64,000 bases of DNA from Bacilli bacterium. GTDB lineage: Bacteria > Bacillota_I > Bacilli_A > RFN20 > CAG-826. The notes beneath the pieces are model-generated. The model was not told where the DNA came from. It worked only from the letters and a program-made list of their open reading frames with translations, and did no database searches. The DNA is taken from the NCBI GenBank assembly GCA_017540455.1, contig JAFYAZ010000034.1, forward strand, positions 25,146 to 89,145. The letters are read 5' to 3'. Positions 28,221 through 36,549 of the stretch are shown here, piece by piece. A program made the translations under genes and the position numbers. Within the stretch, counting starts at the first letter, position 1; every line of letters starts with the position of its first letter.

Positions 28221-29137
28221 ACATTAACCCACATGAAAGCGTAACCCATTATGAGGCCAAAGGCGATAAGCAAGCCTTCGATGACGAAAGCCGACTTGAT
28301 GGTTTTCTTTTGTTTGAATAGATATAACGGGCCAAGGCCAGCGTTGACGGCAAGGCCAGCAAGGAGGGCGCCGAAAGGAAGGGTGCCGCTCACATAAAGC
28401 TCGGCAAGAAGGACGCTGGACGCGCAGTTTGGAATAAGTCCGATGAGGACGGCAAATAATGGTGAGAACCAATAGGAAGAAGTGAGGAAAGCCTGAAGAT
28501 CGGTCACGGATTCAAGCCATCCGAAGAAGGTTCCGAAAAGAAGGGAAATCACAAAGGCATAGGCGAAGATCTTAAGCGAATGGAGAAGAGGGTGGACGAG
28601 ATGTTCGTGAAGAGGGCTCTCTTTGCCTCCGTCTTCGACTTCGTGGCCACAGCATCCATGGTGGATGTCATGGTTGCCTTCGCAGTGTTCAAGGTGCTCA
28701 TCAACGACGTGTTCCTTCTTTCTCCAGATGAAGTCGACCATGTATCCGAAGAAAGCGCCAAAGACGATCTTTAGGCCAATTAGGGCGAACGCCATCGGCC
28801 ATTTCCCCTCGAAGTTTCCAAACATGACAGGAAGAGCCTCGTCGGAACAAGCGATGAAGATGGCAACAAGCGTGCCTAAAGTGATGTGGTCCTTTGTGTA
28901 TAAATCACCGGCAACGACGGAGATGCCACACTGCGGAACCACGCCAACCAAAGAGCCAAATAGAGGCGCTTGCTTCTTCTTCCTCTCTAAAAGAGAGGCG
29001 ATTTTGCCTTCGAAGAAGGAAAGGATGAAATAAATGGCGAAAGCAAAAGCCAAGACCTTGAGGGAGTCGAGGAGGCTATCTAACGCTATGTCGCCAAAAG
29101 TTTCTAAATCCATATCGCATAGTATAGTCACTTTCAC
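28217..29137 (-). CDS. putative permease with an internal two-fold repeat and a His/Cys-rich cytoplasmic loop (ArsP_2/DUF2899-like guess)
   Basis: 306 aa. Repeated motifs VPQCGISVVAGDLY and IPNCASSVLLAELY sit in two TM halves. The central loop is HVVDEHLEHCEGNHDIHHGCCGHEVEDGGKESPLHEHLVH. The family assignment is from memory. Confidence 0.55.
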   Translation of the reverse strand: MKVTILCDMDLETFGDIALDSLLDSLKVLAFAFAIYFILSFFEGKIASLLERKKKQAPLFGSLVGVVPQCGISVVAGDLYTKDHITLGTLVAIFIACSDEALPVMFGNFEGKWPMAFALIGLKIVFGAFFGYMVDFIWRKKEHVVDEHLEHCEGNHDIHHGCCGHEVEDGGKESPLHEHLVHPLLHSLKIFAYAFVISLLFGTFFGWLESVTDLQAFLTSSYWFSPLFAVLIGLIPNCASSVLLAELYVSGTLPFGALLAGLAVNAGLGPLYLFKQKKTIKSAFVIEGLLIAFGLIMGYAFMWVNV

Positions 29138-29193
29138 CGCTTAGTGGAACTAAGATGATTCGGTGTTTATAATACCGAGGTGAGGTAAGACCC

Positions 29194-30012
29194 ATGACAG
29201 AAGACGAGAACAAGTACAACCCCTTCGCCCGTGCGGCGGAGAAAAACGGCATCAAGCAATATAAGCCACACCCATTAAGCAAAATCAAAAAGACCATCGC
29301 CGTCATCTCCGGCAAAGGAGGCGTTGGCAAATCGATGGTCACTTCCCTCCTTGCCGTTCAGCTTATGAAACAAGGACTCAAAGTCGGCATCTTAGATGCT
29401 GACGTGACCGGACCATCGATCGCTAAGACATTTGGCAAAGACGATTACCGTCCAATGGGCGATGACAATGGCATCTTCCCAGCCAAAACCGACAAAGGAC
29501 TTCTCCTTATCGGAGCGAACAACCTTCTCGACGATCCAAGCACCCCTGTCATCTGGAGAGGATCGCTCATCTCCAACTTGGTTACTTCCTTATATTCCCA
29601 AGTCATCTTTGATGAGCTGGATGTCCTTCTCATCGATATGCCGCCAGGAACCGGAGATGTTCCTCTCACCGTTTTCCAGAGCATCCCGATCGATGGAGTC
29701 ATCGTCGTCTCTTCCCCTCAGGACCTTGTCTCGATGGTCGTCAAGAAATCTCTTACGATGGCGTCCATGATGCACATCAACGTCCTTGGTGTCATTGAGA
29801 ATATGGCCTACATAACCTGCCCAGATTGCGGCAAAAAGATCAAAATCTTCGGCGAAACCCCTCTCGATTGCCTAGCGGCCATGATGGGAGCCAACCTCAT
29901 CGATGAGCTTCCGATGGACGGCAAACTCGCCGCGCTTGTCGACGCTGGCAAGCTTGAGGACTTCGAAGGCGATTACCTCAAGAACGCGGTTGAAGCGATC
30001 AAGAAACTCTAA
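29194..30012 (+). CDS. Mrp/NBP35 (ApbC) family Fe-S cluster carrier ATPase
   Basis: 272 aa. Deviant Walker A GKGGVGKS. The Mrp signature includes a CPDCGKKI cysteine pair. Confidence 0.85.
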   Translation: MTEDENKYNPFARAAEKNGIKQYKPHPLSKIKKTIAVISGKGGVGKSMVTSLLAVQLMKQGLKVGILDADVTGPSIAKTFGKDDYRPMGDDNGIFPAKTDKGLLLIGANNLLDDPSTPVIWRGSLISNLVTSLYSQVIFDELDVLLIDMPPGTGDVPLTVFQSIPIDGVIVVSSPQDLVSMVVKKSLTMASMMHINVLGVIENMAYITCPDCGKKIKIFGETPLDCLAAMMGANLIDELPMDGKLAALVDAGKLEDFEGDYLKNAVEAIKKL

Positions 30013-30019
30013 AAAGAAA

Positions 30020-30049
30020 AGACCCCCAATCGGAGGTCTTTTTTATTTG
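30020..30049. terminator. bidirectional terminator between the Mrp gene and the convergent lipoprotein gene
   Basis: AAAAGACCCCCAATCGGAGGTCTTTTTTATTT. Confidence 0.6.
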
Positions 30050-30612
30050 AAATAGATGGTTTCGTATAGGCCGTTGCCGTCATAGAACTGGTCTTTGTGA
30101 TTTAGGATCACACCAGCATAGAAGACTTCCATGTTCGTTCTGAGTTTTCCCTCATAGAGCGAACGTTTTATGTAGAAGCCCACTCCAACTACATCTGTTT
30201 CCCTTATGACTGAAGCGGATTCAGTATCTTTTCCTTCTGTCTCTTGGGTGATCTTATCGTGGAGTTTGCCTGCCACTAAGGTCGTTTCGCTTTGACTTAA
30301 TTCTACTTTGTAGAAATGGTATTCGTTTTCGTACTTGCTCTTGATGCCGATCTCATTGGTGACTTCCCTTTCGAGTTCGGTTCTTTCGCTAAGTTTGGCC
30401 AGCTTTGATGGCGAAGACTCAAAACCATCGAAGGTTACTTTGACGGTCTCGGTGTCTTTATCGAGGTTGAGCGTTAGCTCAGTGAACATACCGGTGCCCT
30501 CGATTTTCTCTCTTTCAAAGATTTTGGCGACTTGCACACCCGGTGTATACCAGCAAGAGGCTAGGAGAAATGGGGTCAATAGAAAGGTTGTCAGAGCGCT
30601 TAGTTTTTTCAT
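30043..30612 (-). CDS. lipoprotein, last gene of the ABC-2 operon
   Basis: 189 aa. Lipobox MKKLSALTTFLLTPFLLASC. Confidence 0.6.
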   Translation of the reverse strand: MKKLSALTTFLLTPFLLASCWYTPGVQVAKIFEREKIEGTGMFTELTLNLDKDTETVKVTFDGFESSPSKLAKLSERTELEREVTNEIGIKSKYENEYHFYKVELSQSETTLVAGKLHDKITQETEGKDTESASVIRETDVVGVGFYIKRSLYEGKLRTNMEVFYAGVILNHKDQFYDGNGLYETIYFK

Positions 30613-31268
30613 AAATCGATGTTTAAGAAGGCCTTCGCACCGCTCTTATAGCCAAGGAAGCTGAAGAGGACATAGAGAATGATTCCCGCTCCCAAGGTTA
30701 ATAGCTGTGTGATTAATCCTATAGCGTCATATTCCCTCAAAGCAGGGATGAAGGCAATAACCAACGATCCTGCGGTAAGGAGGAGAACGCAGACAATAAG
30801 GGAGACGATGCTAGGTCCGGTGAGCCTCTTATATGGATCGCGGTAATACATGCTTAAGAGGACAAGGTTCATGACGCCGAAGGACATGAAGGCGAAACCT
30901 AATAAGGAGATGCTAGGTCTAGTGGCCATGAAATAGGCAAGCTCCTCAGGTTTCTCTGGGGCTGGATATAAGAAGAACCTGACAAGGCCAGCAATCGCGG
31001 CCAATAGGATCACCACAATCTCGACAAGGCCTAAATAAAGGGCTTTTGCCTTGACAATGTCGGTCTTCTTAATCGGGAGAAGAGATGTGTATTCGATGTC
31101 TTTGTTGGCAAGACAAGTTGGGAATAACGCCATCAGTCCGCTTAAAGGATAGACGAAGGCGATTGCCGGTGGCCATGATGGGATAAGGACGAAAACGGCA
31201 AAACAGGTGAAAAGGATAATTTGGATGTTTGTGCAAAGCACAATCTCTTTATAAAGAAGCTTTTTCAT
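30609..31268 (-). CDS. ABC-2 type transporter permease
   Basis: 219 aa, 6 TM. Start and stop overlap the neighbouring genes by 4 nt each. Confidence 0.65.
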   Translation of the reverse strand: MKKLLYKEIVLCTNIQIILFTCFAVFVLIPSWPPAIAFVYPLSGLMALFPTCLANKDIEYTSLLPIKKTDIVKAKALYLGLVEIVVILLAAIAGLVRFFLYPAPEKPEELAYFMATRPSISLLGFAFMSFGVMNLVLLSMYYRDPYKRLTGPSIVSLIVCVLLLTAGSLVIAFIPALREYDAIGLITQLLTLGAGIILYVLFSFLGYKSGAKAFLNIDL

Positions 31269-32116
31269 TCTTGCTCACCCCTTTCGAAAGCGACCATGAT
31301 TTCTTCCATGGAAGCCTTTCTTTTCTCGACGCCTTCTTTAGCGTCAATCTCTTCTTCTTTTTTCATGATGCCTTCGAATTTTCCAAGGCGGTCACGATAG
31401 AAGATGAATCTGTCTTTCTCTTTGGCGAGAATCTCGCTTGGTCCTTCGTAATGGAGATAGGCGGATTCGAAGGTTGAGACGCTTTCGTTAACGATGACCT
31501 CCCCTTTCTTGATGTAGATGATGTCATCCGCGCATTTCTCTAAGTCAGAGATGACGTGCGTGGAGAAGAGGATTGAGTGTTCCTTGTCGCTTACGAGATC
31601 AAGGAAGATATCGAGGAGCTCATCCCTGCTCACTGGATCTAAACCAGAGGTTGGCTCATCAAGAAGGAGGATTTTTGCGCCTCTAGATAAAGCGAGAGCG
31701 AGGCCATATTTGACCTTCATACCGGTTGAGAGGGCTTTGATTTGCTTGGTCTCGTCGATATTGAAGGTTTCAAGGTATCTGTGATAAAGGTCCTCGTCCC
31801 AGTTCTTATAGAACTTCTTGGTGACGTTCGTTAATGATTTGACGGTTTTGGTGCCGTAATAGTTCATCTCGCCGATGAGCATCGCGGCTTCTTGTTTGTA
31901 GTCCGCTTCAACATCGATGATTGGTTTTGAGTCGTATAGGACCTCACCGCTAGTTGGCTTAGCAAGGTTATAAATGCACTTGAGGGTTGTGGTTTTGCCT
32001 GCGCCGTTTCTTCCGATGAAGCCGATGATTTTGCCTGGCTTGATCTCAAAAGAGACGTCTTTGAGGTCGAACTTCTCGTAGTGCTTGCAAAGGTTCTTCA
32101 CCTCGAGGATCTTCAT
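31265..32116 (-). CDS. ABC transporter ATP-binding protein
   Basis: 283 aa. Walker A GRNGAGKTT, signature LSTGMKVKYGLALAL, Walker B ILLLDEPTSGLD. Has a C-terminal extension. Confidence 0.85.
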   Translation of the reverse strand: MKILEVKNLCKHYEKFDLKDVSFEIKPGKIIGFIGRNGAGKTTTLKCIYNLAKPTSGEVLYDSKPIIDVEADYKQEAAMLIGEMNYYGTKTVKSLTNVTKKFYKNWDEDLYHRYLETFNIDETKQIKALSTGMKVKYGLALALSRGAKILLLDEPTSGLDPVSRDELLDIFLDLVSDKEHSILFSTHVISDLEKCADDIIYIKKGEVIVNESVSTFESAYLHYEGPSEILAKEKDRFIFYRDRLGKFEGIMKKEEEIDAKEGVEKRKASMEEIMVAFERGEQE

Positions 32117-32316
32117 TTTTTCTCTCCTTGTTCCATGATTTCGTAGAAAAGGTCAGTCTTCAAAAGGGCGAGGCCTCTTTTCTTATCGCCCATGACCATA
32201 AGGGTATCCCCTTCTTTGATGTCGAACATCTTTCTTCCCTGGACTGGGATGGTGATCTGGCCTTTAGGGCCCACTCTGACGCTGACGATGAATCTATTGT
32301 CTTCGATTACTTTCAT
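32113..32316 (-). CDS. AbrB/MazE/SpoVT-family DNA-binding protein
   Basis: The track ORF extends to 32418. The start is placed at the ATG at 32316 with a strong SD (GACGGAGGAAAGAC-ATG). The protein is MKVIEDNRFIVSVRVGPKGQITIPVQGRKMFDIKEGDTLMVMGDKKRG, a swapped-hairpin domain. Confidence 0.7.
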   Translation of the reverse strand: MKVIEDNRFIVSVRVGPKGQITIPVQGRKMFDIKEGDTLMVMGDKKRGLALLKTDLFYEIMEQGEKK

Positions 32317-32350
32317 GTCTTTCCTCCGTCTTACTTTTCTTACTTTTCTT

Positions 32351-32379
32351 ATTCTACTATTCCCTTCGTTTTTGTGCAA
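32351..32379 (-). promoter_or_regulatory. sigma-A-type promoter of the AbrB-ABC operon
   Basis: Minus strand has TTGCAC, a 17-nt spacer, then TAGAAT. The leader is about 17 nt and contains a 9-bp tandem repeat (GAAAAGUAA x2). Confidence 0.5.
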
Positions 32380-32454
32380 TATCCCCCACAAAAATAAAAA
32401 AGAGCGGGGTTTTGCCACTCATTTTTAAAAAAGAAAGGTTCTTTTAAATAACAA

Positions 32455-32655
32455 AAAGGGCCCACCACTTCTGATGAGCCCGCTTTTTTGATAGAGATGA
32501 GGAGGGTGGAACTATAGGATAATCCTCATTCTATGAATGGATGCTGGAGCGGGGAAAGGAGATACCGCTCACCGGTGCATCCATGAAACAGGAAATGCCA
32601 GAGGCAATTGTGTTTTCATTTGCTTAAGCCCAAAAAGGGAAGGAACAGGATTTTA
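32455..32655 (-). ncRNA. candidate small structured RNA (strand uncertain), flanked by terminator hairpins
   Basis: A 340-bp protein-free interval. Possible promoter TTGCTT-N17-GATAAA. It contains an 8-bp helix AUGGAUGC/GCAUCCAU enclosing a GAGCGG/CCGCUC helix, and CU-rich single-stranded tracts (UCUCCUUUCCCC, CCACCCUCCUCAUCUC). It ends in GGGC...GCCC-UUUUUGUUAUUU. Confidence 0.3.
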
Positions 32656-32756
32656 TCGCCTCTATATGGATCTTAAGCAAAGGTATGTTAACACCCCACT
32701 TGTCACAAAAGTGCAACGGATAAGGCTAATTTTCAAAAGTTTTTTCGAAAACGTAT

Positions 32757-32787
32757 GAAAAAGCAGCCATTTTGGCTGCTTTTACCT
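32757..32787. terminator. bidirectional terminator after the LytTR response-regulator gene
   Basis: AAAAAGCAGCCATTTTGGCTGCTTTTACC. Confidence 0.65.
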
Positions 32788-32798
32788 TTTTCCGATTC

Positions 32799-33557
32799 TT
32801 AGAAGGTTTCGAAGACCGGCCAAGAATACTGAATCATGTATTCCCCACGGTACATGCGTACCGCGTCAGGATTCCCTTTCTTGTATTCGTAGGCATCGCA
32901 TTCGACTTTATCGACGTCGATCGAATACCCGTTATGGCTTTTCACGAAGACATCTTGGCAGCCAACGTCCTTAAGGGTTTTCTGAATATCGGCGATAAGG
33001 TTCCTTAAATAGGACTTATGGTCTTCTTCCCAAAGGACAGCATTGAGTTCGTTGATGTTGATCGCCGAACCTTCTCTGTCGACTAAATAGGCGAAGAGCT
33101 CTTTTGACTTCGAATATGAGAAGCGAAGAGGTTTGGCGTCATAGAAGACCTCAAAATTGCCAAAGCATTTGATCTGAAGGTCTTTGGATGGCCTAAGTTC
33201 GATTGGATAGCGGAGTCCCTCCACTTCTTCTTTGACTTTGGCTTCGCTGACAGGCTTAGAGACATATCCTGAAGCGTGGAGCTTCATCGCTTCTCTTGCG
33301 TAGTTGTCATAGGCAGTCACGAAGATGATGTTGATCTTTGGGTTGATGGCTTTGAGCTTTTTGGCGAGCGCGACCCCATTGAGTCCAGGCATTTCGATAT
33401 CGAGGAAAGCTATGTCGATTTGGCTCTTCTCATTCTCGCTATAAGCTTGCAGAGGGTTGATATATGAAAGGGTCTCCGCGTCAGGAAGGACTTTCTTGAC
33501 CGCGCCCTCAAGCCTCATGAGCTGAAGCTTTTCATCATCGACTAGCAACACTTTCAT
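32799..33557 (-). CDS. LytTR-family two-component response regulator
   Basis: The track ORF extends to 33638. The start is placed at MKVLLVDDE (33557; SD AGGTGAG). It has a REC domain and a C-terminal LytTR DNA-binding domain. Confidence 0.85.
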   Translation of the reverse strand: MKVLLVDDEKLQLMRLEGAVKKVLPDAETLSYINPLQAYSENEKSQIDIAFLDIEMPGLNGVALAKKLKAINPKINIIFVTAYDNYAREAMKLHASGYVSKPVSEAKVKEEVEGLRYPIELRPSKDLQIKCFGNFEVFYDAKPLRFSYSKSKELFAYLVDREGSAININELNAVLWEEDHKSYLRNLIADIQKTLKDVGCQDVFVKSHNGYSIDVDKVECDAYEYKKGNPDAVRMYRGEYMIQYSWPVFETF

Positions 33558-33565
33558 AATCTCAC

Positions 33566-34822
33566 CTATTTGTAGAAGAAAACCGTGACGGTCGTTCCTT
33601 GATCGATCACGCTTTCGACCTGAACATCGCCTTTGCACATCGAAGAGATGCGGTATTTGATGTTATTGAGTCCGAAATGGTCGTCTCCTTTGATGGCATC
33701 GACTTTGAAACCAATGCCATTGTCGCTGACAACCACGACATAAGCGTCCCTGTCCTCATAGGTCTTGATGGTAAGGGTCCCACCTTCGATCTTCTTGAGG
33801 ATGCCATGTTTGATCGCGTTCTCGACGATTGGTTGCAAGGACAAAGCTGGGACCATGAAGTCTTTCGTCTGGATGTCATAAACGACCTCCAAACGGTCTT
33901 CGAACCTCATCTTCTCTAAAGAGATGTAGGTTTCGATGTGCTTTAATTCATCGGAGAAATTGACTAGGCCGTTCTTTGATAAGGATGAAAGGTTGGCCCT
34001 AAGGTAATCGGTGAAATGGTCGAGGCCTTGCTGGGCTTTTTCCGGATCAATCGGGATGAGGGTCGAGATCGAAGCGAGGACGTTATAGATGAAGTGAGGC
34101 TGAATTTGGGAGATCATGATTTTCACTTCCGCATCCTTGATCTTTTTCGCCTCATCGGCAAGCTTCATGTTCTTCCTGACGTTGACGAAGAGGAAGAGAA
34201 TCTCAACGCCGATGAAGACGGAAAGATAGGCAATCGCATATCCTGGGAAGATGTTTTGAAGGATTATCGCGACCAAAGGCAACAAACAATAGACGGCAAA
34301 GGAGATTTTCTCGCCAACCGTGACTTTCTTATGAAATAAGGCTAAGCATAGGACCATCGCAAAGGTAACGAATTGATAGCCTTGTGAGAGGATCATCATC
34401 TTTGATCTCATGTAAACTCCATTCTCCGCGTAGAAGAACATGTGGTTGAAGATATTCATGACATCTAAGGCGATGAAGACGGCATATAAGCTCAAGCTTA
34501 TGACAAGAAGGATGTTGAAGGTCTCCTTTTTGACTGGCATATAGGAAGTCGCGTAGACAAAAAGAAGGAGAACCTGGAAGTTGTTCATCACGTAGAAGCT
34601 TGTGTAGAAGCCGATGATGAACTCATTGCTCGTGTAATACATCTTGATGATGGTGAAGGTGAGATACACGGCAAGATGGAAGGCATAGAAAGCGATGAAA
34701 AAGAGGAGATTGTTCTCATCTCTTCTTCTGTTCTTTTTGAGAAGTACGTCTACCGTATGAATAAGCAAAAGGGCAATGCCGATAATGCATACGGTTGCAT
34801 TGAATACGCTTTTATTATCCAT
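33566..34822 (-). CDS. sensor histidine kinase, LytS/YehU-type (His_kinase PF06580 + HATPase), polytopic N-terminus
   Basis: 418 aa with about 6 N-terminal TM helices. The QIQPHFIYNVLASI H-box is typical of LytTR-partner kinases. A GHKL ATPase C-terminus. A TATAAT box lies 8 nt upstream of the ATG, so the mRNA is nearly leaderless. Confidence 0.85.
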   Translation of the reverse strand: MDNKSVFNATVCIIGIALLLIHTVDVLLKKNRRRDENNLLFFIAFYAFHLAVYLTFTIIKMYYTSNEFIIGFYTSFYVMNNFQVLLLFVYATSYMPVKKETFNILLVISLSLYAVFIALDVMNIFNHMFFYAENGVYMRSKMMILSQGYQFVTFAMVLCLALFHKKVTVGEKISFAVYCLLPLVAIILQNIFPGYAIAYLSVFIGVEILFLFVNVRKNMKLADEAKKIKDAEVKIMISQIQPHFIYNVLASISTLIPIDPEKAQQGLDHFTDYLRANLSSLSKNGLVNFSDELKHIETYISLEKMRFEDRLEVVYDIQTKDFMVPALSLQPIVENAIKHGILKKIEGGTLTIKTYEDRDAYVVVVSDNGIGFKVDAIKGDDHFGLNNIKYRISSMCKGDVQVESVIDQGTTVTVFFYK

Positions 34823-34968
34823 CTGTTGCTTAATATTATACGATTTTTGGACATTTTATAAAAGCAATGCGCACGTAAAAAGAAAAAGGCCCCTGTGGCG
34901 CAAGGACCTTGTGGTTACAAGCCGCGTAACCTTTTGACTAAGTTAGGGTGTTAACCCTTGGCTTCTAA

Positions 34969-35160
34969 TTAATGGGCGCCAAGTCCGAAGACGAGTCCAA
35001 GGACAAGGACGAGGATGGTAAGAAGGCCGATTCCAGAGATGAGGAGAACGTATTTGGCCTTCTTCTCTTTCTTTTGAGCCTTTGCCGTCTCTGATCCGTA
35101 CTGCTTAAAGGCTTCTTTGTCCCATTCGGAACCTTCTTCTTCATACCAGAAGTTGTCCAT
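34969..35160 (-). CDS. small single-TM protein (63 aa) upstream of the LytTR TCS
   Basis: Strong SD (AAGGAGGAAAAAC-ATG). An acidic N-terminus, a Lys-rich segment, and a C-terminal TM helix with small-xxx-small motifs (GIGLLTILVLVLGLVFGLGAH). Confidence 0.5.
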   Translation of the reverse strand: MDNFWYEEEGSEWDKEAFKQYGSETAKAQKKEKKAKYVLLISGIGLLTILVLVLGLVFGLGAH

Positions 35161-35573
35161 GTTTTTCCTCCTTACGAAACAAAGTGGCTTTTCGGCAGAA
35201 TATGACGAAAACGCTTTTGGTGAACCAAATATAAATCACAGAGTGTCACAGAAGCGCCACAAAGAAGGGATATTTTTCCCTAAAGATGAAAAAAAGCCTG
35301 ATTTATAAATCAGGCAATTTTCCAAAGGGTTATTTGGCCTTCTTAACAGTGCCTCCTTCAAGGAGAACCATCTTGACCGCTTGGATGGAATAATCCCATA
35401 TCCTAAAGATGCCTGCGCAATAAAAGTGCCACACTTTATGTGATTTTTATTTTCTTTATATCTTTGATATAAACGATACTATATTATGTCTAAATTACTA
35501 AAATATGCGTGTTTTGTACAACAAAACAAATTTTTACAAAAAGTACGTTTTTGATATTTTGAGAAGACAAAGA

Positions 35574-35605
35574 AAAAACGGCAGGTTCGTCTGCCGTTAA
35601 ATTCT
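35574..35605 (-). terminator. terminator 3' of tRNA-His
   Basis: AAAAAACGGCAGGTTCGTCTGCCGTTAAATT, a bidirectional-looking hairpin. Confidence 0.55.
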
Positions 35606-35610
35606 CATTC

Positions 35611-35688
35611 TGGGGCGGAATAGGAGATTTGAACTCCCGAATGACCGGTTCACAGCCGGTTGTGTTAGACCACTTCACCAATTCCGCC
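35611..35688 (-). tRNA. tRNA-His (anticodon GUG) with encoded G-1 and CCA
   Basis: Reverse complement is GGCGGAATTGGTGAAGTGGTCTAACACAACCGGCTGTGAACCGGTCATTCGGGAGTTCAAATCTCCTATTCCGCCCCA. An extra 5' G pairs with discriminator C73. Anticodon loop is CUGUGAA. A promoter TTGCTA-N17-TAAACT lies upstream. Confidence 0.85.
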
Positions 35689-35841
35689 GTGCCGTATTAG
35701 TTTAGCCACATTGTCTATCCTTAGCAAGGAAGAAATAACTATCTTTTCATTATTCTTTTCTTTACCATAGAAAGTACATTTCTCCCCTTATGTTTATGAC
35801 CTCTCTTGAAAAGAGGAGGAAAAAGAGGAAAATATAGCCCC

Positions 35842-36549
35842 ATGGTTATCAGAGACAGACTTATTGCACTTATATACCGTATCGTGATCCTCGCTCTCGG
35901 AGTCTGGACTCTCACGGTTCAGCTGACCACCAATGCGGTCAATAATTTCTGGGTGGGCTTTGGAAACTATGCCTCCATCGTTACCTTGTTTGGATGCGTC
36001 ATCATCCTTTCTGAGATAATCGCCAATGCCATCGGCATGAGAGAAAAGAGAAACACGATCGCCCCTGGCGTTGTGTCTTTCCTTTTCCATGGTGCCCTTG
36101 TCCTTCTCGTATCTCTTGCCGCCATCCATCCTCTCTACTGCTATTTCGTCGGTGCCGACTACATAAAAGCAGACACCTTCCTTTATTCCCTGCTCTCCTT
36201 TATCCTCTTCCCGCTTGCCATCCTTCTTGATTGGATTCTTTTCGGAGAAAAGGGAACGGTCAAATGGTCTTATGGGATGTTCCCATTATTCGTCCCTATC
36301 TTCTATTACCTCTTCTCTGCGATGAGAAAGCTTCTTGTCAGCGGTTCGACCTACAGCACCCTCATCTTCGATTCAAACACATTCATCATGGTCAGAGAGC
36401 TCCCAGAGGCCTTCTCAGCCGGAAATGGATGGGCTGGCGTCTTCATCTCCATCTTCTCCATCTTCGCGGTCATTGTTTTTGTTGATTACGCTCTCATTCT
36501 CATCAACAACCTCTTGGCGAGAAGATACATCCACGAGACCGGTTATTAA
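35842..36549 (+). CDS. hypothetical polytopic membrane protein
   Basis: The track ORF begins at TTG 35806. The ATG at 35842 (MVIRDRLIALIYRIVILALGVW...) is preceded by a purine-rich AAGAGGAGGAAAAAGAGG. About 6-7 TM helices. Confidence 0.55.
   Translation: MVIRDRLIALIYRIVILALGVWTLTVQLTTNAVNNFWVGFGNYASIVTLFGCVIILSEIIANAIGMREKRNTIAPGVVSFLFHGALVLLVSLAAIHPLYCYFVGADYIKADTFLYSLLSFILFPLAILLDWILFGEKGTVKWSYGMFPLFVPIFYYLFSAMRKLLVSGSTYSTLIFDSNTFIMVRELPEAFSAGNGWAGVFISIFSIFAVIVFVDYALILINNLLARRYIHETGY

Noticed and set aside
32420-32756. SRP RNA, RNase P RNA or tmRNA in the structured intergenic region
   Set aside because: It lacks GGAAGGAAGCAGC-type SRP domain IV, the RNase P P4 AGGAAAGUCC/ACAGAA signatures, and a tRNA-like 3' end. 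The 73-aa plus-strand ORF here (32537..32758) has no RBS and an odd composition.
35335-35436. Short minus-strand reading frame ending ...IQAVKMVLLEGGTVKKAK followed by its own terminator (35292..35325)
   Set aside because: There is no ATG with an SD; only a GTG is possible. It looks like a gene remnant or chance ORF. The terminator may be a backup for tRNA-His.
35490-35681. 63-aa ORF in the track
   Set aside because: It overlaps the tRNA-His gene and its terminator, so it is spurious.
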